This document shows, in pieces, positions 1-9,602 of a DNA stretch of 64,000 bases. The stretch comes from an uncultured delta proteobacterium (GTDB lineage Bacteria; Desulfobacterota; Binatia; UBA9968). Numbering within the stretch: position 1 is the stretch's first letter; each line of letters begins with the position of its first letter. The position numbers and the translations under genes are program-made. The DNA lies in assembly GCA_963745835.1 (NCBI GenBank), contig CAVUZH010000013.1:416001-480000 (forward strand), written 5' to 3'. The notes under the pieces were generated by a model. That model was not told where the DNA came from. It saw only the letters and a list, made by a program, of their open reading frames with translations, and ran no database searches.

Positions 1-301
1 GCGCAACGATCTCGGTCACATATCGCTTGGTACCGGTCTTGTCGTCATAGCTCCGGCTGCGGATGCTGCCCTCGACAAAAACCTGCCTTCCTTTGGCGAG
101 ATATTGGCTGCAAGATTCACCCTGCTTACCCCATACAATAATGTTATGCCATTCAGTTCTTTCCTGCTTGTTGCCGTCGCGGTCGTTCCAAACTTCGGAA
201 GTAGCGATCGGAAAGCGCGCTACCGCGCTCCCCGTTGAAGTGAAGCGAAGCTCGGGATCTTTGCCCAGGTTTCCAATGAGAATTACTTTGTTAACGGACA
301 T
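1..301 (-). CDS. ssb: single-stranded DNA-binding protein (3' end runs off the window)
   Basis: Manual minus-strand translation from ATG at 301: [21 protein letters not shown]...[50 protein letters not shown] upstream. Not in the ORF track. Confidence 0.95.
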   Translation of the reverse strand, partial: MSVNKVILIGNLGKDPELRFTSTGSAVARFPIATSEVWNDRDGNKQERTEWHNIIVWGKQGESCSQYLAKGRQVFVEGSIRSRSYDDKTGTKRYVTEIVA

Positions 302-480
302 GAAACACCTCCAGACCGCTACATTGCGGCAGCAAACAGTGCAGCCAACTTAGCGCCCGCGTTATTTATAGTCAATGATAGAATCGGCATGCATCGGGTC
401 TCCGCTGAATTGCAATTTGCTCATGCGTACACTAGACTAAGCTAGCGTGTTTTCGCGGTTTTGCACTCGCCAAGCTTACT

Positions 481-1275
481 TTGATCTTGATGTTTTATCT
501 GCTCAAGCTGTCGGTTTTTATGCTCATCACCGTACCGGCTGCGGTGCTGACAATCTTTCTTGGCCTATTCGATCGTCATGGCAAAGTCGCCTACCGTGCA
601 AGCCAGATCTGGACGGCTTTGATCTTACGCATGGGCGGGGTTGTATTGCGAGTTAGCGGCGGCGAACATATCGATTCACGACAACAATATGTTTTCATGG
701 TCAATCACCAAAGCAATCTCGATATCCCAGTTCTGGTGCACAGCCTGGTAAGTTTTCAGTTGCGCTGGATCGCTAAAAGAGAGCTTCTTTGGATTCCGTT
801 TTTCGGCTGGGCGATGTGGGCTTCCAGGCATATTATAATCGATCGAGCGGACCCTCTCACTGCTGTCAAAAGCTTAAAACGCGCGAAAGAGCGGATGGCA
901 GCCGGTATTTCGATTGTTGTATTTCCGGAAGGGACGCGCAGCCGAGACGGAAAACTGCTGCGGTTTAAGAAGGGTGGATTTTTACTTGCCGCCCAGGCAA
1001 ACCGACCGATTGTTCCAGTGACCATCAACGGCAGCCGGCAGATCCTGCCAGCCGGTGCATGGCGGTTGAGGGGCGGAATCGTTGAGGTCATCATTAATGA
1101 ACCGATTGCGGTCGATGGTTTTGGCCCGGGCACGCTCCGCCATCTCTCGAACCAGGTACGACAAGCAATTGAAAAGCATCTGCGAAGCGAGCCTGTGGAT
1201 TCGGCCTCGGTCGCAGCAAACTCAGGCCATAGCATCATCACTACTAATCGTCAGTTGGAGAAACGGAGCATTTAA
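481..1275 (+). CDS. plsC: 1-acyl-sn-glycerol-3-phosphate (lysophospholipid) acyltransferase
   Basis: NHQSNLD (HX4D) and FPEGTRS motifs, N-terminal hydrophobic helix; start could be ATG 490. Confidence 0.9.
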   Translation: MILMFYLLKLSVFMLITVPAAVLTIFLGLFDRHGKVAYRASQIWTALILRMGGVVLRVSGGEHIDSRQQYVFMVNHQSNLDIPVLVHSLVSFQLRWIAKRELLWIPFFGWAMWASRHIIIDRADPLTAVKSLKRAKERMAAGISIVVFPEGTRSRDGKLLRFKKGGFLLAAQANRPIVPVTINGSRQILPAGAWRLRGGIVEVIINEPIAVDGFGPGTLRHLSNQVRQAIEKHLRSEPVDSASVAANSGHSIITTNRQLEKRSI

Positions 1276-1281
1276 AGCAGC

Positions 1282-2937
1282 ATGGAATCCGTAAGAATAA
1301 TACCTTTAGGCGGTCTCGGTGAGTTTGGCCTCAACATGATGCTGGTCGAATACGGCGAAGCGGCCATAGCCATTGACTGCGGCCTGATGTTTCCCGGCGC
1401 GGATTTGCTCGGCATCGACCTGGTCATCCCCGATATCAGCTATCTTCTGGAAAACAAGCACAAGCTCAAAGCGATTGTTTTGACCCATGCGCATGAAGAC
1501 CATATGGGGGCGGTTCCCTATGTTCTCGAGCGCCTCTCGGTGCCGATCTACGCCACCCGTTTGACGCTGGGTCTGCTCAGCAATCGAGTCAGAGAACACG
1601 GTCTGGAAGATGTCGCCGATGTTCGCGAGATCACCGCCGGCAAACTGTGGGACTTAGGCCCTTTCAAGCTCGAGGGGATTCGTGTCACGCATAGCCTGAT
1701 GGACTGCCTGGCCTTGGCAATACAGACGCCCGTCGGTACGATCATCCATACCGGTGACTTCAAGATCGATAACACACCAATGGAAGGCGAGATGTTCGAT
1801 TTTCAAAGATTCGCCGCCTATGGAGAAAAAGGCGTTCTTCTGCTCTTGTCCGACTCAACCAACGTTGAACGGCGTGGCCACACCGGGTCTGAACGCGAAG
1901 TTGGAACGAACCTGGAACAGATTTTTCAGCAATCAAGCGGCAGGGTGCTGGTTTCGACGTTTGCTTCGAGCATTCCAAGGATCCAACAAGTGCTGGAAAT
2001 CTCCGAGCGGTGCGATCGCAGAGTCGTGCTCAGCGGTCGCAGCATGGTGCGCAACAGCCAGGTCGCAGCCGACCTCGGCTATCTCCGGCTTCCAAGAAGC
2101 TTCATGACGGAAAATGATCGTTGGCAAGATCTTGCCCCCGATCGCCTCACGTTTCTGACCACCGGCAGCCAGGGTGAGCCGCTATCGGTCTTGCACCGGG
2201 TAGCTCTCAACGACCACAAGACAATCAAAATTCAACCCGGCGATAACGTTATTCTCTCTTCGAAGTTTATCCCAGGCAACGAGAAGATCATTTCGAACTT
2301 GATCAATCATCTCTACCGCCGAGGTGCAGACGTTCACTATGAAAAGGTTTCCGAGATTCACGTCTCGGGGCATGCCAGCCAAGAAGAATTGAAGATAATG
2401 CTGCAGCTGACTCGTCCGCGCTTTTTCGTGCCGATTCACGGCGAGTACCGCCACTTGGTGCGCCATCAGCGGTTGGCTCAAGACGTTGGGGTCCCGGAGA
2501 GTAACTGTTTTATTCTCGAAGACGGCGACGTCTTAGAACTAACCGCCCAGGGCGCCCATAAGACAACTCCCGTCCAAGTGGGCAAAGTGTTCGTCGATGG
2601 CAAAGGTATCGGCGATGTCGGGCCGATTGTGATTCGCGATCGGCGCCATTTATCAGAAGACGGAATGGTGCTCGCGGTACTGGCAATCCACCAGCAATCC
2701 GGCGAAATCGTCGCCGGACCGGATTTGATTTCTCGCGGATTCGTTCGTGATGAAGAAGGCGAAGAGATTTTCGAACAGGCTCGAAAGGTCGTCTTGGAAA
2801 CCTTTAGCGGTATGAACCGGGAAACGCGCGCTGATCGAGCCGAGTTGCAGGAAGAGATTCGCATTGCGCTGCGTCGTCATTTCCGCAAGAAACTAGAACG
2901 GCGACCTGTAGTTTTGCCGTATATAGTTGAAACTTAA
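1282..2937 (+). CDS. rnj: ribonuclease J
   Basis: IIPLGGLGEFGLNM start, THAHEDH metallo-beta-lactamase motif, TGDFK, GSQGEP, HVSGH, PIHGEYRH. Confidence 0.95.
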   Translation: MESVRIIPLGGLGEFGLNMMLVEYGEAAIAIDCGLMFPGADLLGIDLVIPDISYLLENKHKLKAIVLTHAHEDHMGAVPYVLERLSVPIYATRLTLGLLSNRVREHGLEDVADVREITAGKLWDLGPFKLEGIRVTHSLMDCLALAIQTPVGTIIHTGDFKIDNTPMEGEMFDFQRFAAYGEKGVLLLLSDSTNVERRGHTGSEREVGTNLEQIFQQSSGRVLVSTFASSIPRIQQVLEISERCDRRVVLSGRSMVRNSQVAADLGYLRLPRSFMTENDRWQDLAPDRLTFLTTGSQGEPLSVLHRVALNDHKTIKIQPGDNVILSSKFIPGNEKIISNLINHLYRRGADVHYEKVSEIHVSGHASQEELKIMLQLTRPRFFVPIHGEYRHLVRHQRLAQDVGVPESNCFILEDGDVLELTAQGAHKTTPVQVGKVFVDGKGIGDVGPIVIRDRRHLSEDGMVLAVLAIHQQSGEIVAGPDLISRGFVRDEEGEEIFEQARKVVLETFSGMNRETRADRAELQEEIRIALRRHFRKKLERRPVVLPYIVET

Positions 2938-2953
2938 GGTTCGCTTTACTGCC

Positions 2954-5197
2954 ATGGAAAAAGGCCGGCTCAACCGGGAAGTCTGGGGTGTGGTCATTAG
3001 CCTCACCGCTCTTCTGATCATTATTAGCTTAGTCTCGTATAGTCCAAATGACCGTTCGCTCAATACGCCTTCTGGTTTGATCGCTCGTAACTGGGGAGGC
3101 TTTGTCGGCGCTTTTTTAGCCGATCTCCTGTTGCAGGGCCTCGGCCTATCTGCCTACTTACTGCCGATTTTCCTCGGCCTCGCTGCCTATCACTTATTTC
3201 TCCCCGGTTTCAAAGGACTTCGCGCTACCAAGGCAACCGGCTACGCAGTGCTTCTCCTCGGCATAGCAGTTCTTTTGAGTCTATGGATCGATTCTGAAGA
3301 CGCGCGAGACTCCGGTGGCATCATCGGAGGCTTTCTTACGGAAAGCATTCTGGTGCCGTTGTTCGGACGCATCAGCGCAACGTTGATTATCCTGACGACG
3401 GCGCTTCTGGCAATCATGACAGTTTCGCAGATATCGCTGGCGGATCTTCTTGATCGCAGCGGCAAACGACTGCTCCAGTTCAGGAAAACTATCATACCGA
3501 AGATCGGCTTGAGTTTGACCAAGCTCAAACAGCAGAAAGACAAAACCAGGGGGGAAAACATCAAGAACGAACGGCGCGACTATGTGCCGCCGCCCATCGT
3601 TGTAAAGACTGACCCTAAAGAGGAATTGATCAAGAAAGTCGTCAAAAAGCCGATTGCCCCGCAAGAGCAGTTTAAACTCCCGGTAGTTGGAGAAGGGTAC
3701 CGCTTGCCGCCTCTCGACCTCTTAGACCCACCCGATCCCAATCAGTTAATCAAAGTCGACACCAACGGCCTGCACGCCAACTCTCTCATCCTGCAAAAAA
3801 AACTGGCTGATTTCGGCGTCGACGGCGAAGTGGTCGCGGTCCGTCCCGGCCCGGTCATCACCATGTATGAGTTTAAGCCGGCCGACGGCGTAAAGGTACG
3901 CCGCATCGTCATGCTGGCTGACGATCTCGCAATGGCGCTGCGCGCTGTCAGCGTGCGTATTCTCGCGCCGATTCCGGGAGAATCGGTGGTTGGAATAGAA
4001 ATCCCTAATCCCCGGCGCGAAACGGTTTATTTGAGAGAAATCATCGAGAGCGATAGCTATCATTCCGTCGATTCAAAAATCACCTTAGCTCTAGGAAAGG
4101 ATATTGGCGGGATACCGTTTGCCACTGATCTGGGGCGCATGCCTCATCTGCTGGTTGCTGGCGCCACAGGAACCGGCAAGTCGGTGTCGATCAACGCCAT
4201 GATCCTGAGCATTCTCTTTAAAGCGACGCCGCAAGACGTGCGATTCATCATGGTGGATCCGAAAATGCTGGAGCTGACTGTTTACGAAGAAATTCCCCAC
4301 CTTCTTGTGCCTGTGGTGACGGATCCAAAAAAAGCCGCCGCCGCGCTTTTCTGGGCCATGGACGAGATGGATCGACGTTATCGGCTCATGAGAGACAAAG
4401 GCGCGCGCAATATCGACAATTACAATCGAACACTGGAAAAAGAAGGCGCCGTAAAGAAACCCGTTATTGAGCTGACGGAAGCGCAAGCGGACGAAGATCC
4501 GAATGCACCGGGTGGGAGCCTGGCAAAGGAAGCGCCGCTGGTGCATGAGCGTTTGCCGCGGATCGTTATTATCATCGATGAATTGGCCGATCTGATGATG
4601 ACGGTTGGACGCGATATTGAAGAATACATCACCCGACTTGCGCAAAAGGCACGAGCCGCGGGTATTCACCTGATCCTTGCCACTCAGCGCCCTTCTGTGG
4701 ATGTCATCACCGGTTTGATCAAAGCGAATTTTCCGGCGCGTATCTCATTTCAGGTGACCTCGCGAATCGATTCGCGCACAATACTGGACTCGATGGGCGG
4801 CGAGAAGCTTTTAGGCAACGGCGACTTGTTGTTCTTACCGCCGGGCACGGCACGACTGACGCGCATCCATGGAGCCTTCGTATCGGATCAAGAAGTGCGC
4901 AAGGTGATGAAGTTTATTAAGCAGCAGGGACGACCACAGTACCGACCCGATGTTTTTGACGTCAAAAAGGATATCGAGAACGCCGGCGCCGACGAAGAGT
5001 ACGATGAAATGTATGATCAGGCGGTGGCGATTGTCACCGACACTCAGCAAGCTTCGATCTCTATGATTCAACGGAGATTGCGGGTAGGATACAACCGGGC
5101 TGCGCGGATGATTGAGCAGATGGAACGCGATGGCGTTATTGGCCCGGCAGACGGCGCCAAGCCGAGAGAAGTGTATGCGAGAAAACTTGAAGCTTAA
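2954..5197 (+). CDS. ftsK: DNA translocase FtsK
   Basis: N-terminal TM region, Walker A AGATGTGKS, IIIDELADLMM, LATQRPSVDVITG, C-terminal gamma domain (QRRLRVGYNRAAR). Confidence 0.95.
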   Translation: MEKGRLNREVWGVVISLTALLIIISLVSYSPNDRSLNTPSGLIARNWGGFVGAFLADLLLQGLGLSAYLLPIFLGLAAYHLFLPGFKGLRATKATGYAVLLLGIAVLLSLWIDSEDARDSGGIIGGFLTESILVPLFGRISATLIILTTALLAIMTVSQISLADLLDRSGKRLLQFRKTIIPKIGLSLTKLKQQKDKTRGENIKNERRDYVPPPIVVKTDPKEELIKKVVKKPIAPQEQFKLPVVGEGYRLPPLDLLDPPDPNQLIKVDTNGLHANSLILQKKLADFGVDGEVVAVRPGPVITMYEFKPADGVKVRRIVMLADDLAMALRAVSVRILAPIPGESVVGIEIPNPRRETVYLREIIESDSYHSVDSKITLALGKDIGGIPFATDLGRMPHLLVAGATGTGKSVSINAMILSILFKATPQDVRFIMVDPKMLELTVYEEIPHLLVPVVTDPKKAAAALFWAMDEMDRRYRLMRDKGARNIDNYNRTLEKEGAVKKPVIELTEAQADEDPNAPGGSLAKEAPLVHERLPRIVIIIDELADLMMTVGRDIEEYITRLAQKARAAGIHLILATQRPSVDVITGLIKANFPARISFQVTSRIDSRTILDSMGGEKLLGNGDLLFLPPGTARLTRIHGAFVSDQEVRKVMKFIKQQGRPQYRPDVFDVKKDIENAGADEEYDEMYDQAVAIVTDTQQASISMIQRRLRVGYNRAARMIEQMERDGVIGPADGAKPREVYARKLEA

Positions 5198-5849
5198 ACG
5201 ACTGCTTGGGGCTCTGGTGATTGCCTTGTGCTTGACTGCGCAGAATTGGATTACCGCGGCGGAGCCGAAAAGCGCCGAGCAGGTCGTCGACGCGCTGCAG
5301 AAGAACTATGACGCTACCATCGATTTCATCGCTGATTTTCAGCAGGAAACCGAAGTCAAAACTCTTAACCGCAGCTTGAAAGCGTGGGGGAAGTTGTCGT
5401 TCAAACGCCCGGGCAAAATGCTGTGGCGCTATGACGAACCCAAGGGGCAGATCGTACTGACAGATGGAAGCCACCTCTATTTTCTACAACCTGAACAGAA
5501 CCAGGTGATTAAGAGTCCGTTGAAAAACGCCTTTCGCTCGGATATTCCGCTGTCTTTTCTACTTGGGCTGGGCAACTTGAAAAAGGATTTTAATGCCGTG
5601 CTCAAGGCAACTGAAAAGGACGAATACATTCTCCGTCTAGAACCCAAGGGCGAAGCTGGAGGATTCAGCGAAATCCTTCTAGGAGTCAGTCGTAGCTCAG
5701 CCGATATCGTCTGGGTAAGCATTCGTGACGCGGCCAACAATCTGACAAGCTTGCGTTTTTCCAATATGAAGAAAGGCCTTGGGCTTAAGGATTCGCTGTT
5801 TCGAATAGATATTCCCGAGGGGGTCGACATAGTGGAGTTGGGCCAGTGA
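5175..5849 (+). CDS. lolA: outer-membrane lipoprotein carrier LolA
   Basis: Signal peptide, ADFQQ, KRPGKMLWRY motif, downstream of ftsK; exact start uncertain. Confidence 0.88.
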   Translation: MRENLKLKRLLGALVIALCLTAQNWITAAEPKSAEQVVDALQKNYDATIDFIADFQQETEVKTLNRSLKAWGKLSFKRPGKMLWRYDEPKGQIVLTDGSHLYFLQPEQNQVIKSPLKNAFRSDIPLSFLLGLGNLKKDFNAVLKATEKDEYILRLEPKGEAGGFSEILLGVSRSSADIVWVSIRDAANNLTSLRFSNMKKGLGLKDSLFRIDIPEGVDIVELGQ

Positions 5850-7189
5850 AGCAACCAAAGCAGAAGTTTAGCATGATCAGCTTAGGATGCGCCCGCAATC
5901 TCGTCGATTCGGAAGTGATGTCCGGACTACTCGTCCAGGATCATTATGAAATGGTTCAGGAACCGGCCGAGGCGGATGTCGTGTTGATCAATACATGCGG
6001 CTTTATCGATGCCGCTAAAGCGGAGTCGATAGACACAATCGTCGAGATTTCCCGACTCAAGCAAGAAGGAGCGCTGCGCAGGCTTGTGGTTGCGGGGTGT
6101 CTGTCGCAACGGTACCCGCAAGAGTTAGCAACCGAATTGCCTGAGGTCGATTTATTTATAGGCACAGGGGAAATTCCGCGTATAGTCGATATTCTTAGAG
6201 AACATGAACGAAATCAAAGCCGCAGACACTACGTCGGCATTCCCGAGTACCTATACGACCATGTAACACCCCGGCTTCGCCATACTCCGTCTTACACTGC
6301 GTTTGTAAAGGTCTCTGAAGGATGCGACCACAAGTGCGCCTTCTGTATCATTCCTAAGTTGCGCGGCCCACATCGTAGCCGCAGCATTGAATCCGTGGTC
6401 AAAGAAGCCACTATGCTGGCCCAAAGCGGTGTCAAGGAGATTAATCTTATCGCCCAGGATCTCACCGCGTACGGCAGAGATCGCAAAGACGGGACGACTC
6501 TCTACGGTCTGTTAAAAGAGCTGGTTCATGTGCCCGATCTCGTATGGATACGGCTACTCTATGCTTATCCCAATTTTCTTGACTCGCCGCTGCTTGATCT
6601 GATCGATACGAGCGAAAAAATTTGCAAGTACATCGATATCCCTTTCCAGCATGTCAGCGCCGGTATCTTGAAGAGCATGCGCCGAGGCAAAAGCGGCAGT
6701 GCTGTACAGGCTACCGTAGAAAAGCTGCGTGAATCCATTTCTGGTTTGACCCTTCGAAGCTCGCTGATTGTCGGGTTTCCCGGAGAAACCGAAGAGGATT
6801 TTCAAGCGCTGCTCGATTTCGTTGAAAGGACCAGATTCGAACGTCTCGGCGTCTTCAAGTATTCAATCGAAGAAGGCACCGCCGCAGCAAGTCTTGCCGA
6901 TCAGGTCGACGAAGAAGAGAAAGAACGACGCTGGCAAGAGGTGATGGATCTGCAAGCAAGCATCTCGCGAAACAAGAATGAGGCCTTGATTGGGTCTATT
7001 CAGCGGGTTATCATCGATGGCATCGACGAAACCGGGCAGTTGATCGGACGCACACAAGGTCATGCGCCGGAGGTCGACGGCGCTGTATACTTGCAAAACC
7101 CAGCTTCCCTTGAAACCGGCGATTTTGCCGACGTAAAGATAACCGAAGCTCTTGAGTATGACTTAATTGGTGAAATACAACATGTCTAA
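5846..7189 (+). CDS. rimO: ribosomal protein S12 methylthiotransferase RimO
   Basis: SLGCARNLVDSE, INTCGFI, radical SAM CDHKCAFC, C-terminal TRAM domain (APEVDG). Confidence 0.93.
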   Translation: MKQPKQKFSMISLGCARNLVDSEVMSGLLVQDHYEMVQEPAEADVVLINTCGFIDAAKAESIDTIVEISRLKQEGALRRLVVAGCLSQRYPQELATELPEVDLFIGTGEIPRIVDILREHERNQSRRHYVGIPEYLYDHVTPRLRHTPSYTAFVKVSEGCDHKCAFCIIPKLRGPHRSRSIESVVKEATMLAQSGVKEINLIAQDLTAYGRDRKDGTTLYGLLKELVHVPDLVWIRLLYAYPNFLDSPLLDLIDTSEKICKYIDIPFQHVSAGILKSMRRGKSGSAVQATVEKLRESISGLTLRSSLIVGFPGETEEDFQALLDFVERTRFERLGVFKYSIEEGTAAASLADQVDEEEKERRWQEVMDLQASISRNKNEALIGSIQRVIIDGIDETGQLIGRTQGHAPEVDGAVYLQNPASLETGDFADVKITEALEYDLIGEIQHV

Positions 7190-7640
7190 ATCGGAAAGTC
7201 TCAAAGACGCAAAAGCCAGAAAAGATTTCCTCAAAAGCGCGGCGGAAACTTTGCTGGAAATGAAGAAGCAGCTTCATAGAGAAATGCAGGTTCGGGTCAA
7301 AGGCGAGACCGAAGCTGTTAAGGATGAGGGTCGCGACACCTATGATCTAGCTAGCGATGAACGGGATCGGGAAATCAATTTTATTCTCAATGATCGAGAA
7401 CGGGAGAAACTGCACGCGATTGACGAAGCCCTCGAGCGCATCAAAGACAAAAGCTACGGCATCTGCGAGAGTTGCGAAGGCGAGATCCAACTAGGACGCT
7501 TGAAAGTGCTGCCCTTTACAAGACTTTGCGTGAGGTGTCAGGAAGAGAACGAGAAGGAAAGCAAACGTCAGAAAACGCTTGAGGAAGAGCGAGGCTACCG
7601 AAAACTTGTTCTGACTGACTTCGAAGAAGAAGGCTCTTAG
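7182..7640 (+). CDS. dksA: DksA/TraR C4-type zinc finger transcription factor
   Basis: DTYDLA (DxxDxA) coiled-coil tip; CESC...RL...P...CVRC zinc finger. Confidence 0.85.
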   Translation: MSKSESLKDAKARKDFLKSAAETLLEMKKQLHREMQVRVKGETEAVKDEGRDTYDLASDERDREINFILNDREREKLHAIDEALERIKDKSYGICESCEGEIQLGRLKVLPFTRLCVRCQEENEKESKRQKTLEEERGYRKLVLTDFEEEGS

Positions 7641-7689
7641 CTGACAGACCCGCTCCGGCTCAAACCCTGACAGCGTCGATTCAAAAGCC

Positions 7690-7728
7690 AAAAAAAGAGG
7701 GCATGGTTTGGAACCATGCCCTCTTTTT
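7690..7728. terminator. bidirectional rho-independent terminator
   Basis: AAAAAAGAGGGCATGGTT-TGG-AACCATGCCCTCTTTTT: perfect hairpin with A/T tails between convergent genes. Confidence 0.85.
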
Positions 7729-7745
7729 ACGTCAAGGTTTGACGA

Positions 7746-8132
7746 TCAATCGCCGCCCTTTGCAGGGGTAAACTCGATCCCGCTAACGTAATTTTTTTCG
7801 CCTTTTTTCGTATATTGCACCGTTGCCGATGACCCTAAACCGATATCGGCCATCTTTGCATCCTTAGCCTTAAGTTCGGTAACTTTGGTCTTCTGATCGA
7901 AATCAACTGTGACCAACTTGCCTTCCTTGGTGACCACGATCATATAGTTCTTTTCAGTATCCAATAAGCCTATATCGCCGGAAACTTTTTCCGCTTTGGC
8001 TTTCTCAGCCTTTTCACCTTCGGCTTTCTTTGCGCCTTCTGCCTTCTTCTCACCTTCCTGCGCCAAAATTGGCGAGGCCAATGAGAGTGCGCACAGAATA
8101 CTTAGAGCCCGCACTGCGCTTTGTGTCTTCAT
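7746..8132 (-). CDS. exported small OB-fold-like protein (DUF5666/DUF1344-like), soluble paralog 1
   Basis: Sec signal peptide (…PILA|QE), K/E/A-rich linker, domain GDIGLLDTEKNY…DIGLGSSATVQY…KGGD shared with three neighbours. The fold is inferred from the sequence pattern. Confidence 0.75.
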   Translation of the reverse strand: MKTQSAVRALSILCALSLASPILAQEGEKKAEGAKKAEGEKAEKAKAEKVSGDIGLLDTEKNYMIVVTKEGKLVTVDFDQKTKVTELKAKDAKMADIGLGSSATVQYTKKGEKNYVSGIEFTPAKGGD

Positions 8133-8185
8133 AAAATCGATCCTTTCCAATCATATATTACACAGACCGTAAGAGTTGCAGTGGC

Positions 8186-8644
8186 TCAATCCCCACCCTT
8201 GGCTGGGGTGAATTCCACGCTTTTGGCGAGATTTTTATCGCCCTGCTTGGTATATTCAACTGTTGCTGAAGAGCCGAGTCCGATATCCGCTATCTTGCTC
8301 GGAGTAGGATCGATTTGAGTCGCTTTCGTCTTGGCATCGTAATCCAGCGTGATCAGCTTACCTTCTTTAGTTACTAGGATCAGATAATTTTTCTCGGTAT
8401 CGAGTAATCCGATATCGCCTCTCGCCTTCTCTGCCTTCGCCTTGGCTTCACTCTTATCGTCGCCTTTGGCTTCGCCCTTTGCCGTAGTAGTTTCAGCTTT
8501 CGCCTTGGACTCAGCTTTTGCCGGCGGCGCCGCAGGTGCCGCCGCGGGCTTGGAAGCCATGTCGTCTTGTGTTGAACAAGAAGAGATAGCAAAAGCTACC
8601 GCAACCGCCGCCGCAGCACTACTGATCGAAAACAAATCCTTCAT
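8186..8644 (-). CDS. lipoprotein with OB-fold-like domain, lipid-anchored paralog 1
   Basis: Lipobox-like ISS|C-STQ, Ala/Pro/Lys-rich tether, same C-terminal domain ending AKGGD; AGGGAGG RBS. Confidence 0.78.
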   Translation of the reverse strand: MKDLFSISSAAAAVAVAFAISSCSTQDDMASKPAAAPAAPPAKAESKAKAETTTAKGEAKGDDKSEAKAKAEKARGDIGLLDTEKNYLILVTKEGKLITLDYDAKTKATQIDPTPSKIADIGLGSSATVEYTKQGDKNLAKSVEFTPAKGGD

Positions 8645-8767
8645 TGTTGCCTCCCTAGAACATATTTACGGTAAAAATAGATTCGATAATTATCGTGAGC
8701 GTTGATTCATCTCAATACGAAATAGGTATGGTTTTAATCGCGCCGATCCGGCTTGCTGGCGATAAAT

Positions 8768-8783
8768 TCAAACTATAGTCTTA
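8768..8783. promoter_or_regulatory. putative response-regulator binding site TCAAACTATAGTCTTA
   Basis: Palindromic core ACTATAGT in the divergent intergenic region; matches sites at 11799 and 14074. Confidence 0.4.
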
Positions 8784-8876
8784 GGACGACACGGGTGGGA
8801 TTACCACGTTGGCATGTTAGTTTATTTCGTGTATTTTCGCTTGGCGTAGGCAAATGTTCCCTAAGGAGCGAGTGCA

Positions 8877-9581
8877 ATGATGCCGATCAAAGTTGTGATT
8901 GCTGATGACCACGCGCTTTTCAGAGATGGACTCAGACGGATCCTTTCGCTCGAGAAGGACATCCTTGTCGTTGGCGAGGCAGCCAACGGTGACGATGTGA
9001 TCAAAGTCGTCGAGCGGACAAAGCCGGATATCTTGCTCCTGGATCTGAAGATGCCCAAGGGCGATGTTGTTCAAAATTTGCTGGAAGTCGGCGCTAAATA
9101 CCCGTCAACGCGGGTAATCATTTTGACCGCCTTCTCGGACGAGGAAAGTGTTTTGAATGCGGCGAAAGGCGGCGCCAAAGGTTTCGTTCCAAAGGGCGTG
9201 CCCTCCACTAGCTTGCTTCAAGCAATCAAGGCGGTGCACCAAGGCGCTTCTTGGACCGATAAGGAGATACCGTCATGGGAAACTTTCGAGGAGATTGCTC
9301 AGGGCCAGTCACTTGCCCGTGAAGCGCCGACTCAGTTCGATGAGAGTATTAGAAGTCTTACTAAACGAGAAATGGAAATACTCCGGTTAGTGGCCGAAGG
9401 TCTTACTAATGAGGAGATCGGCAAGAAAATTTTTATTAGTGAGAAGACGGTGAAGACTCACCTGACCAATATCTTCGATAAGTTGAAAGTTAATAACCGC
9501 TTCAAGGCTGCTCTGATGCTGATGGGCCAGTCAGGTGACACTAATACAGGGAATTGGAGTAGAAGCGGTCGAGGCCGTTAA
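8877..9581 (+). CDS. NarL/LuxR-family two-component response regulator
   Basis: REC domain (IADDH…LLDLKMP), LuxR HTH (LTKREMEILRLVAEGLTNEEIGKKIFISEKTVKTH). Confidence 0.93.
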   Translation: MMPIKVVIADDHALFRDGLRRILSLEKDILVVGEAANGDDVIKVVERTKPDILLLDLKMPKGDVVQNLLEVGAKYPSTRVIILTAFSDEESVLNAAKGGAKGFVPKGVPSTSLLQAIKAVHQGASWTDKEIPSWETFEEIAQGQSLAREAPTQFDESIRSLTKREMEILRLVAEGLTNEEIGKKIFISEKTVKTHLTNIFDKLKVNNRFKAALMLMGQSGDTNTGNWSRSGRGR

Positions 9582-9602
9582 ACGATCTCGAACTTCAAAA
9601 CA

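Noticed and set aside
63-353. 96-aa plus-strand ORF
   Set aside because: Antisense to ssb, which is clearly recognisable on the minus strand.
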